A stretch of 63,889 nt of DNA, counting the filler, from Acidimicrobiia bacterium (GTDB lineage Bacteria; Actinomycetota; Acidimicrobiia; Spongiisociales; JAHEDJ01), in assembly GCA_029210695.1 (NCBI GenBank). It is 4 parts of 4 records of this genome, joined end to end, with 100 filler letters (N's around TTAATTAATTAA, not from the genome) between each part and the next. Parts side by side here need not be neighbours in the genome. Positions count along the whole stretch, not along the records: positions 17,539 to 34,917 come from JARGFH010000069.1; 3 more parts are not named here. One strand, 5' to 3'. Below the pieces are notes generated by a model. The model ran no database searches. It was given only the letters and a program-made list of their open reading frames with translations, and had not been told where the DNA came from. Position 1 is the first letter of the stretch. Each line of letters starts with the position of its first letter. Both the position numbers and the translations under genes were made by a program. This document shows, one piece after another, positions 21,500 through 32,926 of this stretch.

Positions 21500-21586
21500 A
21501 ACGTCCTTTAAGTCGGTCCGGTGAGGCCGAGAAGGAGCCAACATGCCGATCCTTGCCACCGATGCCGCCCGAGAGGCGGCTTTCTT
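21500..21586 (+). promoter_or_regulatory. PyrR-binding leader / attenuator
   Basis: CCTTTAAGTCGGTCCGGTGAGGCCGAGAAGG resembles the PyrR binding loop; GCCGCC-CGAGA-GGCGGC-TTTCTT terminator at 21564-21586. Confidence 0.8.
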
Positions 21587-21598
21587 GTGAGCGCAGTC

Positions 21599-22120
21599 AT
21601 GACCACCGTGATGACCTCCGCCGACATCGAGAGGTCGCTGCGACGCCTCGCTCATGAGATCCTCGAAGCGACGGTTGGCGCCGATCTCGCCCTGGTCGGG
21701 ATCCAGACGCGCGGGGTGCCACTGGCCGAACGGCTCGCCCGCAACCTGAACGACATTGGCGGAATGCCGGTGCCGGTCGGAGGATTAGATATCAGCCGGC
21801 ATCGTGACGATCGGCCGGCTCCCATGGAGGCCGTCCAATCTGATCTCCCGTTTGGCATCACCGAGAAGACCGTGATTCTGGTCGACGACGTGCTTTACAC
21901 CGGGCGCACCGCCCGCGCCGCCCTAGACGCCTTGATCGAGCGTGGCCGCCCGGCCGCCGTCCGGTTGGTGGTGCTGGTGGATCGCGGGCATCGCCAGCTA
22001 CCCGTTCGAGCCGACCACGTTGGTAAGAACCTTCCCACCTCCCGGGACCAGCGAGTCAGCGTGCAGGTCTGCGAGGTCGACGGTGTCGACCAGGTGCTGT
22101 TGGAGGAGGTCGAGACATGA
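21599..22120 (+). CDS. pyrR: Pyrimidine attenuation protein / UPRTase PyrR
   Basis: GIQTRG, LVDDVLYTGRT, DRGHRQLP, GKNLPTS; start could also be 21587. Confidence 0.95.
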   Translation: MTTVMTSADIERSLRRLAHEILEATVGADLALVGIQTRGVPLAERLARNLNDIGGMPVPVGGLDISRHRDDRPAPMEAVQSDLPFGITEKTVILVDDVLYTGRTARAALDALIERGRPAAVRLVVLVDRGHRQLPVRADHVGKNLPTSRDQRVSVQVCEVDGVDQVLLEEVET

Positions 22121-23370
22121 TCAGGCTTCGTGGTGGCATGCTCGTGACTCCCAGCGGGATTCGTCGCGCCGACATCATGATCGAGGACGGTCGGATAGCA
22201 GGCATCGGTGCCGGTTCTGCGGGCGGCAAGGTCCTGGATTGTTCAGGGTGTTTGATCGGGCCGGGCTTCGTTGATATTCATGTTCACTTCCGGGAGCCGG
22301 GTCAAACCTGGAAGGAAGACATCGAGACCGGTTCGCGGGCTGCCGCGGCCGGAGGCTTCACCGGTGTGGTCCCGATGGCCAACACCGATCCTGCTACCGA
22401 CCGTGGACATCTGGTCGAATCAATGGTTCGCCGAGGGGACGAGGTTGGACTCGTCGAGGTGCGGCCGGCGGCGGCGCTGACCGCCGGCCGAAGAGGTGAT
22501 GAGGTCGGCCCGATCGAAGAACTCTGGGAGGCGGGCGTGCGGATCTTCAGCGACGATGGCGACAGCGTGGCCCGACCCGAGGTGCTGGAGGAGGCGATGG
22601 TCCGTATCGGCAGGCTCGGCGGCGTCGCGGCCCAGCACGCCGAGGAGGCCGCGCTGACGGCAGGTGGGCACATCCATGAGGGTATCGTGTCGGCCGCCCT
22701 CGGCATCGGCGGGCTCCCGGCGGAGGCGGAGGAGCGAGTGGTCGCTCGTGATCTGGTACTCGCGGCCAGAACGGGGGTCCGCTACCACGTCCAGCATGTT
22801 TCGACGGCCGGTACCGTTTCGCTGGTACGAGCGGCGCGATCCGACGGTGTCCCGGTCACGGCCGAGGCTGCACCCCACCACTTCTCGCTCGATCATCGCC
22901 GCCTTCTCGATCGCAACCCGGTCATGAAGATGTATCCACCGCTGCGGACCGCAGACGATGTTGCCGCGGTAGCCGGCGCCGTTCGTGATGGGACGATTGA
23001 AGTAATCGCCACGGACCATGCACCACACACGAGCAAGGAAAAGGAAGTGGCGCTCGAGGATGCTCCGAGGGGGATCATCGGACTCGAGACCTCAGCGTCA
23101 ATTGCCTGGTCCATCCTCGAAGATGATCCGGTTGCGTTCTTTCAACGAATGGCCGTTGCCCCGGCCCACCTGGCCGAATTCGTCGACCATGGACAATGGC
23201 TGGAAACGGGTGGCCCGGCGAATGTGGTGGTGTTCGATCCAGACCGGATCTGGACTCCTGAACACTTCGAATCGAGATCACAGAACTCGCCCTGGCTGGG
23301 CACTCCGCTGAGAGGACGGCCCGTCGTCACGATCTACAAAGGTCTCTTGACGAACGAGGTGGGCAGGTGA
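22117..23370 (+). CDS. pyrC: Dihydroorotase
   Basis: DIHVHFREPG, KMYPPLR, ATDHAPH. Confidence 0.95.
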   Translation: MIRLRGGMLVTPSGIRRADIMIEDGRIAGIGAGSAGGKVLDCSGCLIGPGFVDIHVHFREPGQTWKEDIETGSRAAAAGGFTGVVPMANTDPATDRGHLVESMVRRGDEVGLVEVRPAAALTAGRRGDEVGPIEELWEAGVRIFSDDGDSVARPEVLEEAMVRIGRLGGVAAQHAEEAALTAGGHIHEGIVSAALGIGGLPAEAEERVVARDLVLAARTGVRYHVQHVSTAGTVSLVRAARSDGVPVTAEAAPHHFSLDHRRLLDRNPVMKMYPPLRTADDVAAVAGAVRDGTIEVIATDHAPHTSKEKEVALEDAPRGIIGLETSASIAWSILEDDPVAFFQRMAVAPAHLAEFVDHGQWLETGGPANVVVFDPDRIWTPEHFESRSQNSPWLGTPLRGRPVVTIYKGLLTNEVGR

Positions 23371-24482
23371 AGACGCCGGGATACGTCATCACAGCAGACG
23401 GAACCGTCTTCGAGGGGCACAGCATCGGCGTCGAAGGGATCTCCAGCGGCGAACTGGTATTCAACACCTCGATGACCGGATATCAGGAGATCCTCACCGA
23501 TCCCTCCTATGCGGGGCAGATCGTCCTCATGACATCTCCGCACATCGGCAATTACGGTACGACCGGCCTGGACTCCCAGGCCGACCGGCCTTTCGGCGCA
23601 GGACTGGTCGTGCGGTCGCTGGCTCGAACCCATTCGAACTGGCGTGCAGAGGGCTCGCTCGCCGACTACCTCCAACTGCACGGGGTGATCGCGGTGGCCG
23701 GTGTCGATACCCGTCGATTGACTCGCCATGTGCGGAGCTTCGGTTCGATGCCCGCCGCCATTGGTGGCGGAGTCGACCGGGCGGCGGTTCGGTCGGCGGC
23801 CGTCGAGGCACCTCGATTGGAAGGCCGCGACCTGGTGAAAGATGTCACCACGTCCCGGCCCTACGAGGTACCGGCAGTCGGTCCGCGGCGCGGCCGGATC
23901 GTTGCGCTCGACCTGGGAATCAAACGGGACATCTGCGCGCGTCTGGCCGGTCACGGCCTCGACGTCACGGTCGTGCCTGCCGGAACCAGTGCGGCCGACA
24001 TTGCAGCACTCCACCCCGACGCTCTGTTCTTGTCGAACGGACCGGGTGACCCGGAACCGCTCGCCGGTCCGATCGCAGCGGTGCGGGCGACGCTCGGCAC
24101 CATGCCTGTGTTCGGGATCTGTCTCGGCCACCAGGTCCTCGGACTGGCCCTGGGCGCCGCCACGGTCAAGCTGCCGTTCGGCCACCATGGTGGCAATCAC
24201 CCGGTGCGCAGGATCAGCGACGGTCGCGTGTCGATCACCGCCCACAATCATGGGTTCTCGGTGGACCTGGCCGGCCTCGGGACGCCGGACGAACGGGGAG
24301 CCGTGGAGTCACCGTACGGTCCCGTTGAGCCCACCTACGTGAACCTCAACGACCGCACACTCGAGGGCCTGCGCGCCGGAGAGGCCGGAGCGTTTGGAGT
24401 CCAGTTTCATCCCGAGGCCGCACCAGGACCACACGACGCCGACCCCTTGTTCGGCGAGTTCATAAGGGCATTAGGCTCCTGA
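23367..24482 (+). CDS. carA: Carbamoyl-phosphate synthase small subunit
   Basis: [32 protein letters not shown]. Confidence 0.97.
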   Translation: MKTPGYVITADGTVFEGHSIGVEGISSGELVFNTSMTGYQEILTDPSYAGQIVLMTSPHIGNYGTTGLDSQADRPFGAGLVVRSLARTHSNWRAEGSLADYLQLHGVIAVAGVDTRRLTRHVRSFGSMPAAIGGGVDRAAVRSAAVEAPRLEGRDLVKDVTTSRPYEVPAVGPRRGRIVALDLGIKRDICARLAGHGLDVTVVPAGTSAADIAALHPDALFLSNGPGDPEPLAGPIAAVRATLGTMPVFGICLGHQVLGLALGAATVKLPFGHHGGNHPVRRISDGRVSITAHNHGFSVDLAGLGTPDERGAVESPYGPVEPTYVNLNDRTLEGLRAGEAGAFGVQFHPEAAPGPHDADPLFGEFIRALGS

Positions 24483-27400
24483 TGCCCCGCCGTTCCGATC
24501 TCCATTCGATCCTGCTCATCGGTTCCGGTCCGATCATCATCGGGCAGGGCGCCGAGTTCGACTACTCCGGCACTCAGGCTGCCAAGGCCCTGCGGCGCGA
24601 GGGCTTCCGGATCATCCTGGTCAACTCAAATCCGGCCACGATCATGACCGACCCTGAGGTGGCAAATGCGACCTACCTCGAGCCGATCACTCCGGCCGTG
24701 ATCGAGGCAATCATTCGAAAGGAACGGCCGGACGCTCTGTTGCCCACCCTGGGCGGCCAGACGGCCCTCAACGTCACCGCCGAGCTCGCACGCCTGGGCG
24801 TGCTCGATCGATACGACCTTGAGCTGATTGGCGCCGGCCTCGAGGCCATCGAAGCCGCTGAAGATCGGGGGCGGTTCAAAGAACTCATGGAGGCGGCAGG
24901 CCTGCAAACTCCGAACGCGGTGTACGTCCGGTCGATGGATGAGGCCATGGTCGCCGTCACCCGGATCGGGTATCCGGCGATGATCCGCCCCTCGTTCATT
25001 CTCGGAGGCGGAGGTACCGGGATTGCCGAGGACGAGGAATCATTCATAGATCTCGCCGGAAAAGGATTCGCGGCGTCACCAACGGGTGAGATTCTTGTCG
25101 AAGAGTCCGTGTCTGGTTGGAAGGAGTTTGAACTCGAAGTCATGCGCGACCGGCACGACAATGCAGTAATCGTCTGCTCGATTGAGAACCTGGACCCCAT
25201 GGGCGTACACACGGGCGATTCCATCACAGTTGCGCCGATTCAGACCCTCTCGGATCGTGAGTATCAGGACATGCGCGACGAGGCCATCACCTGCCTGAGG
25301 GCGGTTGGCGTCGAGACCGGGGGATCCAACGTCCAGTTCGCCGTTGATCCGGCAACGGGACGGAGGCTCGTGATCGAAATGAATCCACGGGTGTCGAGAT
25401 CGTCCGCACTCGCATCGAAGGCGACCGGGTTCCCGATTGCCAAGATCGCCGCCTTACTCGCCGTTGGCTACAGCCTCGATGAGATAACCAACGACATCAC
25501 AGGCTCGACGCCTGCATCGTTCGAGCCTGCACTCGACTACGTCGTCGTCAAGGTCCCCCGCTTCGACTTCGAGAAGTTCCCGTCCGTCGAACCCCGGTTG
25601 GGAACCTCGATGCAGAGTGTCGGAGAAGCCATGGCGATTGGTCGAACCTTCCCCGAGGCGCTGCAGAAAGCGCTGAGGAGTCTCGAGACCGGCCGCAAAG
25701 GCCTAAATGCAGATGCGGGAGAACGCCCGCTCGTCGACGCGAGCCAGAAAGAGCTCGAGGAGAGAGTTCGGCGACCCACTCCAGACCGTATCTTCGAAAT
25801 TGCAGAGCTGCTCCGAAGAGGCGTATCCGTTGGGGGACTCGCCGTCGCCACAGGAATCGACCCGTGGTTCATCGATCAGATGCTCGAGATCGTCGAGATC
25901 CGTACCGAACTCGAGGAGTCGCGACCGACTCCGATCGCGCTGCGGACGGCGAAGCGCTTCGGCTTTTCGGACGCCCAACTCGCCTATCTCTGGGCTTTGC
26001 CCGAGCAGAAGATCCGCCGACTCAGGGGCCGGTGGTCGGTGAGGACCACCTTCAAGACGGTGGATACATGCGCAGCGGAGTTCGAAGCTTCGACGCCATA
26101 CCTGTACTCGACATACGAGGAAGATGATGAGGCGCCTCCGGCCGGGAGCCGCACGGTCATCGTGCTCGGATCTGGTCCGAATCGAATCGGGCAGGGCATC
26201 GAGTTCGACTACTGCTGCGTACACGCTTCGTACGCATTGCAGGCGGCCGGCTACGAGACGGTCATGATCAACTGCAATCCTGAAACCGTCTCAACCGATT
26301 ACGACACCTCGGATCGCCTCTACTTCGAGCCCTTGACCGTCGAGGACGTTCTCACCGTGGTTGAGCGCGAGCAACCGGAGGCGGTCATCGTGCAACTGGG
26401 CGGACAGACACCGCTCAATCTCGCCGGGGATCTGGCGGCAGCCGGAGTGCCTATCGCCGGTACGCCGCCCGCCGCCATCGAGGTCGCCGAAGACCGTCGC
26501 CGGTTCTCGGCGCTGTGCGCGGAACTCGGTATCAAGCAGCCACCACACGGGATCGCCACCTCCCCGTTGGATGCCGAGGAGGTCGTCGACCGGATCGGGT
26601 TGCCGGTACTGGTACGCCCATCGTTTGTCCTCGGGGGGCGAGCGATGAGAGTCGTGTGGAGCTACGAAGATCTGTCTGCCTATCTGCGAGAGCTCTACGG
26701 CGACGGTGGGGGAGTCGGCCTCGATCTCGCCAATTCACCTTTGCTCATCGATCGCTTCCTCGAATCGGCGGTGGAGGTCGACGTGGATGCCGTTTTCGAC
26801 GGAAATGAGCTTCTGATAGGAGGGATAATGGAGCACGTGGAAGAGGCAGGCGTTCACTCCGGCGATTCCTCCTGTGTCATCCCGGCCCCTACCTTGCCGG
26901 AAGAGACGTTGAAGTCCATCATCGAGGTCACGACCTCGCTGGCTGAGGCGCTGGGCGTGCGGGGCCTGATCAACCTGCAGTTCGCAGTGAAAGGCGAGGA
27001 CGTTTTCTTGCTCGAAGCGAACCCACGGGCGAGCAGGACGATTCCATTTGTGTCGAAAGCGAGCGGCGTCCCCCTGGCCAAGGTCGCTGCACGGGTCATG
27101 CTGGGATCCACACTCGATGGCCTTCGGGTCGAAGGGGTGTTGCCGACCCCGACCGACCGGAGGTTCGTTGCGGTGAAGGAGGCTGTTCTTCCCTGGGATC
27201 GGTTCCCTGGTGAGGACGTCGTGCTCGGTCCGGAGATGCGGGCAACGGGGGAGGTCATGGGGATCGGCATCGACGTTGGGGTCGCTTACGCCAGAGCGCT
27301 GCTCGCCGCCGGTCATCAACTGCCGCCCGACGGAACCGTCTTCTTCTCGCTGGCCGACCGCGACAAGGCAACCGGTCTGGCTGCCGCTCAGGCATTCGCC

Positions 27401-27724
27401 ATGCTCGGCTTCCGGATTCTCGCTTCACCGGGAACCGCCCGCTATCTCGCACACTTCGGGCTCGCCGCCGAAGCTGTAAACAAGGTGGGGGAAGGCCTGC
27501 GGGACACGGTGGAGCGTATAGAAGCAGGCGACGTCGATCTCGTCGTCAACACCCCGCGCGGCGGCCGGGCGCGCAACGATGGACGGCTGATCCGCCGGGC
27601 GGCCCACCGGAGAAGCATCCCCTGCGTCACTACGGTCCAGGGCGCACTGGCAGTTGCACGCAGCCTCCAAGCGGGAGAGCAGTCGCGACTGGAAGTGAAT
27701 AGCCTGCAAGAGTGGCACCGGTGA
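24482..27724 (+). CDS. carB: Carbamoyl-phosphate synthase large subunit
   Basis: [27 protein letters not shown], duplicated ATP-grasp, MGS C-terminus. Confidence 0.98.
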   Translation: MPRRSDLHSILLIGSGPIIIGQGAEFDYSGTQAAKALRREGFRIILVNSNPATIMTDPEVANATYLEPITPAVIEAIIRKERPDALLPTLGGQTALNVTAELARLGVLDRYDLELIGAGLEAIEAAEDRGRFKELMEAAGLQTPNAVYVRSMDEAMVAVTRIGYPAMIRPSFILGGGGTGIAEDEESFIDLAGKGFAASPTGEILVEESVSGWKEFELEVMRDRHDNAVIVCSIENLDPMGVHTGDSITVAPIQTLSDREYQDMRDEAITCLRAVGVETGGSNVQFAVDPATGRRLVIEMNPRVSRSSALASKATGFPIAKIAALLAVGYSLDEITNDITGSTPASFEPALDYVVVKVPRFDFEKFPSVEPRLGTSMQSVGEAMAIGRTFPEALQKALRSLETGRKGLNADAGERPLVDASQKELEERVRRPTPDRIFEIAELLRRGVSVGGLAVATGIDPWFIDQMLEIVEIRTELEESRPTPIALRTAKRFGFSDAQLAYLWALPEQKIRRLRGRWSVRTTFKTVDTCAAEFEASTPYLYSTYEEDDEAPPAGSRTVIVLGSGPNRIGQGIEFDYCCVHASYALQAAGYETVMINCNPETVSTDYDTSDRLYFEPLTVEDVLTVVEREQPEAVIVQLGGQTPLNLAGDLAAAGVPIAGTPPAAIEVAEDRRRFSALCAELGIKQPPHGIATSPLDAEEVVDRIGLPVLVRPSFVLGGRAMRVVWSYEDLSAYLRELYGDGGGVGLDLANSPLLIDRFLESAVEVDVDAVFDGNELLIGGIMEHVEEAGVHSGDSSCVIPAPTLPEETLKSIIEVTTSLAEALGVRGLINLQFAVKGEDVFLLEANPRASRTIPFVSKASGVPLAKVAARVMLGSTLDGLRVEGVLPTPTDRRFVAVKEAVLPWDRFPGEDVVLGPEMRATGEVMGIGIDVGVAYARALLAAGHQLPPDGTVFFSLADRDKATGLAAAQAFAMLGFRILASPGTARYLAHFGLAAEAVNKVGEGLRDTVERIEAGDVDLVVNTPRGGRARNDGRLIRRAAHRRSIPCVTTVQGALAVARSLQAGEQSRLEVNSLQEWHR

Positions 27725-28632
27725 TCGACTTCAGCACAACCCTCGGCCCCGTCGAACTGCGAACGCCGCTAATCGGTGCAGCCGGAACCGTCGGCTCGGT
27801 GGTCGACTTCGCGGGCGTGGCTGATTTGTCCCTGTACGGCGCCGCCGTGGCGAAATCCGTGAGTGAGGAACCCTGGGAGGGCCGCCCTGCCCCCCGCCTG
27901 GCGCCCTCGGGATTGGGCATGCTCAACAGTATCGGAATCCAAAACCCCGGCATCGAGGCCTGGGTTGAGCAGGTAGGGCCACACCTCGCCGGCCTCGACG
28001 TCCCTGTGTGGGGTTCGGCAGTTGGGAAGACGGCGGCCGAGTTCGGTCGGGTCGCCGCCGGACTCGAAACCGCGGGCGTGCAGGCCATTGAGATCAACCT
28101 CTCATGTCCGAACCTCGAAGGGCACGGGATGTTTGCCCTCGATCCGGAAGCTACCGGTGCAGTAGTCGCCGCCGTCCGGCAAGCGGTGGGCCTCCCGATC
28201 GGTGCCAAGCTGTCTCCCAACGCCGAGGATATTGGTGTGATTGGCGCGGCGGCGGTGGCGGCCGGCGCTGATTGGCTCGTACTCACCAACACCGTTTGGG
28301 GAGCCGGGATCGATATCAGAACACGGCGACCGTTGCTTTCCGGATTGATCGGCGGCTATTCGGGACCGCCGTTGAAGCCGATCGCACTGCGATGTGTGCT
28401 CGAAACGCGCAGGGCTCTGCCCGAGGTGCCGATCATCGGCTGCGGGGGTGTGACCGGCGGCGCGGATGTCCTCGAATTTCTGCTGGCGGGCGCCTCCGCG
28501 GTTTGCGTCGGTACCGCCCACTTCGACCGTCCGCGTGTCGCCGCCAAGCTCCTCGAGGAGGTTCGAACCCTGATGGAGGAACAAGAGCTGACATCGATTC
28601 GTGACTACATCGGAGCGGTTCGGCCATGGTGA
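27721..28632 (+). CDS. pyrD: Dihydroorotate dehydrogenase (family 1)
   Basis: MLNSIG, INLSCPN, KLSPN, GGYSG; GTGA overlap with carB. Confidence 0.93.
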   Translation: MIDFSTTLGPVELRTPLIGAAGTVGSVVDFAGVADLSLYGAAVAKSVSEEPWEGRPAPRLAPSGLGMLNSIGIQNPGIEAWVEQVGPHLAGLDVPVWGSAVGKTAAEFGRVAAGLETAGVQAIEINLSCPNLEGHGMFALDPEATGAVVAAVRQAVGLPIGAKLSPNAEDIGVIGAAAVAAGADWLVLTNTVWGAGIDIRTRRPLLSGLIGGYSGPPLKPIALRCVLETRRALPEVPIIGCGGVTGGADVLEFLLAGASAVCVGTAHFDRPRVAAKLLEEVRTLMEEQELTSIRDYIGAVRPW

Positions 28633-29339
28633 ATGCGGCCGATCCACCGATCATCGTCGCCCTGGATGTGCCGAACGCCGAAGAGGCCGTCCGGTTGGCC
28701 AGGGCCGTGGCAGGATCTGTTGGAGGATTCAAGATTGGACTCGAGCTGCTGATGGGGCCCGGACCCGGTCTGATCGGCGTTCTCGACCAACTGGGCAAAC
28801 CTGTATTCGTAGACGCCAAGCTTCACGATATTCCGCACACCGTGAGCCGGGCGGCCAGGCAACTCGGCATGGCGGGAGCCCGCTGGATCACGGTGCATGC
28901 GGCCGGGGGAGCCGAAATGCTCGAGGCTGCCGTCGAGGGTCTCGAGGCAGGAGCCCGTGGGCGACCGGTCGGCGTTCTCGGCATCACGGTACTCACGAGC
29001 CTCACCGATGCAATGCTGGCTCACTCTGGTTTGCCGGTAACGGCCGGGAAGCTGACCTCGAGGTTGTCGAGGTTGGCGGCCGAAGCCGGTGTTGAAGGAG
29101 TTGTCTGCTCTGTGAAGGAACTGGGTGTTGTCAACGAGGTTGCGCCGTCGCTGATCAAGGTGACTCCGGGTATCCGACCGAAAGGCGAGGATGCCGGCGA
29201 TCAACAGAGGGTGGCAACCCCGGAGGAGGCGATTCGTCGGGGCGCCGATCTGCTGGTGATCGGTCGTCCGATCACCAGGGCCGACGATCCGCGAGCCGCG
29301 GCTGAGGCAATAGCCGCCGACGTACGAACATATGGATAG
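28626..29339 (+). CDS. pyrF: Orotidine-5'-phosphate decarboxylase
   Basis: DAKLHDIPHT, TVLTS, TPGIRP, IGRPIT. Confidence 0.96.
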   Translation: MVNAADPPIIVALDVPNAEEAVRLARAVAGSVGGFKIGLELLMGPGPGLIGVLDQLGKPVFVDAKLHDIPHTVSRAARQLGMAGARWITVHAAGGAEMLEAAVEGLEAGARGRPVGVLGITVLTSLTDAMLAHSGLPVTAGKLTSRLSRLAAEAGVEGVVCSVKELGVVNEVAPSLIKVTPGIRPKGEDAGDQQRVATPEEAIRRGADLLVIGRPITRADDPRAAAEAIAADVRTYG

Positions 29340-29434
29340 TCCTGACGTCGTAATGAGGCCGTGACTCGCGACCGGCGACTCGCGGCTCGCGCTCCGTTGG
29401 TAGAGTGCCAGCGGACCCGAGAGGAGACTCTGTT

Positions 29435-29746
29435 ATGGCACCACCGGAACTCTCTCAAGAGCAGCGCAAGGCTGCGCTCGAGAAGGCGGCGCATGCGCGC
29501 AAGGTCCGGGCCGAGGTTAAACAACTGCTGAAGATGGGAACAATCACATTCCCGGAGTTGCTCGACCGCGCCAATGAAGATGATCTCATCGCGGGGATCA
29601 AAGTTGGCTCGGTGCTGGAATCACTTCCGGGAACCGGGAAGGTCAAAGCCAAACGCATCATGGAGCAGCATGGAATCGCCTCCAACCGGCGCATCCGCGG
29701 ACTCGGAGCACGTCAGCGGGAGACCCTCCTCGAGCTCTTCGGCTAG
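29435..29746 (+). CDS. mihF: Actinobacterial integration host factor
   Basis: QRKAALEKAA..LESLPGTGKVKA..RRIRGLG; GAGGAG RBS; conserved position. Confidence 0.93.
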   Translation: MAPPELSQEQRKAALEKAAHARKVRAEVKQLLKMGTITFPELLDRANEDDLIAGIKVGSVLESLPGTGKVKAKRIMEQHGIASNRRIRGLGARQRETLLELFG

Positions 29747-30302
29747 CACCGGAACCCTCCTCGTCATCTCCGGCCCGTCGGGGGTGGGCAAGAGCACCGT
29801 CGTCGCTCGTCTTCGAGAGCGTATTCCGTTTCACTTCAGCGTCTCGGCCACGACCCGCCGGCCCCGTCCAGGGGAGCGGAACGGGGTCGACTACTTTTTC
29901 GTGGGAGAAGACGAGTTCGACGAACTCGTGGAAGAGGGTCGGCTCCTCGAATGGGCCGAGTACTCCGGACGCCACTACGGGACACCGCGCGGCCCTGTCC
30001 TCTCCAGGCTCGAGGCGGGCGAGCATGTGTTGCTCGATATCGAGAACCTCGGAGCGATGCAGGTCAAACGCAGCTATCCCGACGCGACGACCATCTTCCT
30101 CGCTCCTCCGTCCCGCGCTGAACTCGAAAGGCGCTTGCGGTCCCGGGGTGATACCGATGAAGTGGACATTCAGACCAGGCTGGAAGTTGCCGGCTGGCAA
30201 GAGGAAATGGCACAGGGAAAGTTCGACTACATGGTGGTCAACGATGAACTGGATCGAGTAGTTGACGAGATCGTGCATATAATCAGGTCTCCCTCGCACT
30301 GA
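29670..30302 (+). CDS. gmk: Guanylate kinase (start uncertain)
   Basis: SGPSGVGKST, SATTRRPRPGE, YGTP; nearest in-frame canonical start lies inside mihF. Confidence 0.9.
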   Translation: MESPPTGASADSEHVSGRPSSSSSASTGTLLVISGPSGVGKSTVVARLRERIPFHFSVSATTRRPRPGERNGVDYFFVGEDEFDELVEEGRLLEWAEYSGRHYGTPRGPVLSRLEAGEHVLLDIENLGAMQVKRSYPDATTIFLAPPSRAELERRLRSRGDTDEVDIQTRLEVAGWQEEMAQGKFDYMVVNDELDRVVDEIVHIIRSPSH

Positions 30303-30310
30303 ATGGAGCT

Positions 30311-30550
30311 ATGAATACCCCTCCCCCCATGGAAACCGCGCTCGAATTGACGGGCGGGCGTTTCAGTCTCGTAGTGCTCGCGGCACGGCGGGCGCGCCAG
30401 ATCAATGCATATTTCAATGAATTGGGCGGAGGTATTGGCCACTACGTGCCTCCGCAGGTCCATTCGTTGAGCCGCAAGCCGCTAACCATCGCCTTCGAAG
30501 AGATTGCCGAGCAGAAGGTCACTGCAGCCATTCTCGAAGACACCGAGTAG
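30311..30550 (+). CDS. rpoZ: RNA polymerase omega subunit
   Basis: FSLVVLAARRARQINAY, KPLTIAFEEI. Confidence 0.93.
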   Translation: MNTPPPMETALELTGGRFSLVVLAARRARQINAYFNELGGGIGHYVPPQVHSLSRKPLTIAFEEIAEQKVTAAILEDTE

Positions 30551-30554
30551 CGCC

Positions 30555-31733
30555 ATGGTGAAGGATCGCCGGATCCTTCTGGCCGTGACCGGCGGGATCG
30601 CCGCCTTTAAGGCCGTCTATCTCGCCCGCCGCCTGGTCGAACGAGGCGCCGACCTCGAAGTCATCATGACGGAGAGCGCCCTGCGATTTGTCGGAGAGCA
30701 AACCTTCGCAGCAGTCGCAGGAAAACCCGTCAATATCGACCTGTTCGGAACCGACCGCGTCAGCCCGCATACGGAATTGGGCAGGTGGGCGGAATTGATC
30801 GTAGTTGCCCCCGCCACCGCCGCCTCGCTGGCGAAGCTGGCCGCCGGTCTGAGTGACGATCTCCTTTCGGCAACGCTGCTGGCGACCGCCGCTCCCGTGT
30901 TGCTGGCGCCGGCGATGCACACGGAGATGTGGGAGCACCCTGCGACGCAGCGGAATGTCACGCAGCTGATCCAGGACGGCCATCGCCTGATAGGCCCTAC
31001 CGTCGGTTCGCTCGCCGGCGGGGATGAGGGCGCCGGTCGAATGGTCGAGCCGGACGAGGTCGTGGAGGCCATTGAAGCGGCCTTCGCGGGCCCGCTCACG
31101 GGTTGGCGGGTCCTCATCTCGGCAGGTGGCACGCGGGAACCAATCGACCCTGTGCGGTATGTCGGCAACCGATCATCAGGGAAGATGGGTTACGCAATAG
31201 CTGAATCTGCCGTAGCACGTGGCGCGGAGGTGCTGCTCGTGACGTCTTCACACTTGCCCCTGCCGGCCGGCGTCGAGTCATTCCCGGTGGAGACTGCCGA
31301 GGAGATGGCGGATCAGGTGTGGAGACTGGCTCCCACCGTAGATGTGGCTGTGCTGGCCGCCGCGGTCGCAGATTTCCGGCCGGTCGCACAGCTCGACTCC
31401 AAACTTCGCCGTGCCGAAGGGATCCCCGAACTGATTCTCGAGCCAACCCCCGACATCCTGGCCGGTGTGACGCAGCTCTCGAAGCGCCCGCTGGTGGTTG
31501 GTTTTGCGGCAGAAACCGGCTCGCTCGAAGGCGCTAGACGCAAGGTCACCGACAAGGGGGTTGACCTCCTGGTTGCGAACAACGTCTCTGAAGAGGGCAG
31601 CGGATTCGGCACCGACACCAATCGAGTCACCATCATGCGTCCAGATGGTTCAACCGATGAGTGGCCTCTTCTCGGCAAGCGCCAGGTAGCCGATCGCCTG
31701 TGGGATCTGGTACTTCAGATCCGTCGGGCCTGA
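30555..31733 (+). CDS. coaBC: Phosphopantothenoylcysteine decarboxylase/ligase
   Basis: [37 protein letters not shown]. Confidence 0.96.
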   Translation: MVKDRRILLAVTGGIAAFKAVYLARRLVERGADLEVIMTESALRFVGEQTFAAVAGKPVNIDLFGTDRVSPHTELGRWAELIVVAPATAASLAKLAAGLSDDLLSATLLATAAPVLLAPAMHTEMWEHPATQRNVTQLIQDGHRLIGPTVGSLAGGDEGAGRMVEPDEVVEAIEAAFAGPLTGWRVLISAGGTREPIDPVRYVGNRSSGKMGYAIAESAVARGAEVLLVTSSHLPLPAGVESFPVETAEEMADQVWRLAPTVDVAVLAAAVADFRPVAQLDSKLRRAEGIPELILEPTPDILAGVTQLSKRPLVVGFAAETGSLEGARRKVTDKGVDLLVANNVSEEGSGFGTDTNRVTIMRPDGSTDEWPLLGKRQVADRLWDLVLQIRRA

Positions 31734-31750
31734 CCCGTATACTGCTGGCC

Positions 31751-32926
31751 GTGCGACCCTCCTATTTCACTTCTGAATCCGTGACAGAAGGCCATCCCGA
31801 CAAGGTTGCGGACCGAATCGCCGATGCGGTGCTGGATGCGGTGCTCGAACACGACCCGGTGGGGCGGGTGGCGTGTGAAGTTTTGGTCACCGGTGGGCTC
31901 GTGGTAGTCGCCGGCGAGATCACCTCAGTGTATGCCCCTGATCTCGAAGGCATCGTCCGCAGGGTCATTACCGACGTCGGGTATACCGACGATCGGCTTG
32001 GGTTTTCCGCCGAGACGTGTCGTGTGCAAATCGAAGTTCAACAGCAGAGCGCCGACATCGCCGGGGGAGTCGATCACGCCACAGAGGAGCGGGGAGGGTC
32101 CCACGATCTGTACGATCAACTCGGCGCCGGTGATCAGGGGATCATGTTCGGATTCGCCGCCGACGAAACGCCGGAGTTGATGCCCATGCCCATTCAGCTG
32201 GCGCACCGCCTGGCCGAGCAACTGGCAGAGGTGCGGCGGGATGGAACGCTCGGTTATCTGCGCCCGGACGGCAAGACGCAAGTCAGCGTCGAATACCTCG
32301 CGAACCGGCCGATCCGGGTTTCCCGGGTGCTGATCTCGACTCAGCACGCCCCCGACGTTTCGATCGAAACGATGGAATCCGACCTGGCGAAGTACGTCGT
32401 TGGCGCCGTTATCCCTGCCGACCTCGTCGACGACTCCACAGATCTGGTGGTGAATCCTTCTGGAAGGTTTGAGCTGGGCGGCCCTGCGGCCGACACAGGA
32501 GTGACCGGACGGAAGATCGTCGTCGACACCTACGGCGGATCTGCCAGACACGGAGGAGGAGCCTTCAGCGGGAAGGACCCCACCAAAGTCGATAGATCCG
32601 CTTCGTACGCCACCCGCTACGCAGCCAAAAACATCGTGGCCGCCGGGCTGGCAGAAAGGGTCGAACTACAGATCGCATATGCGATCGGCACCGCACAGCC
32701 CTTCTCGATTCTGGTTGATACCTTCGGCACCGGCCGGGTTCCGAACCACGAACTCGAACGGATCGTGGCAGCGACATTCGACTTCCGGCCCGCCGCGATC
32801 ATCGACCACCTGGGGCTTCGCAAGCCGATCTACGAGCCAACGGCCACGTACGGGCACTTCGGTCGACCCCAGTTCAGCTGGGAGCACACGGACGCGGTGG
32901 CCGCCCTTCAAGCTGCGGCGGGATGA
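31751..32926 (+). CDS. metK: S-adenosylmethionine synthetase
   Basis: [35 protein letters not shown]. Confidence 0.97.
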   Translation: MRPSYFTSESVTEGHPDKVADRIADAVLDAVLEHDPVGRVACEVLVTGGLVVVAGEITSVYAPDLEGIVRRVITDVGYTDDRLGFSAETCRVQIEVQQQSADIAGGVDHATEERGGSHDLYDQLGAGDQGIMFGFAADETPELMPMPIQLAHRLAEQLAEVRRDGTLGYLRPDGKTQVSVEYLANRPIRVSRVLISTQHAPDVSIETMESDLAKYVVGAVIPADLVDDSTDLVVNPSGRFELGGPAADTGVTGRKIVVDTYGGSARHGGGAFSGKDPTKVDRSASYATRYAAKNIVAAGLAERVELQIAYAIGTAQPFSILVDTFGTGRVPNHELERIVAATFDFRPAAIIDHLGLRKPIYEPTATYGHFGRPQFSWEHTDAVAALQAAAG

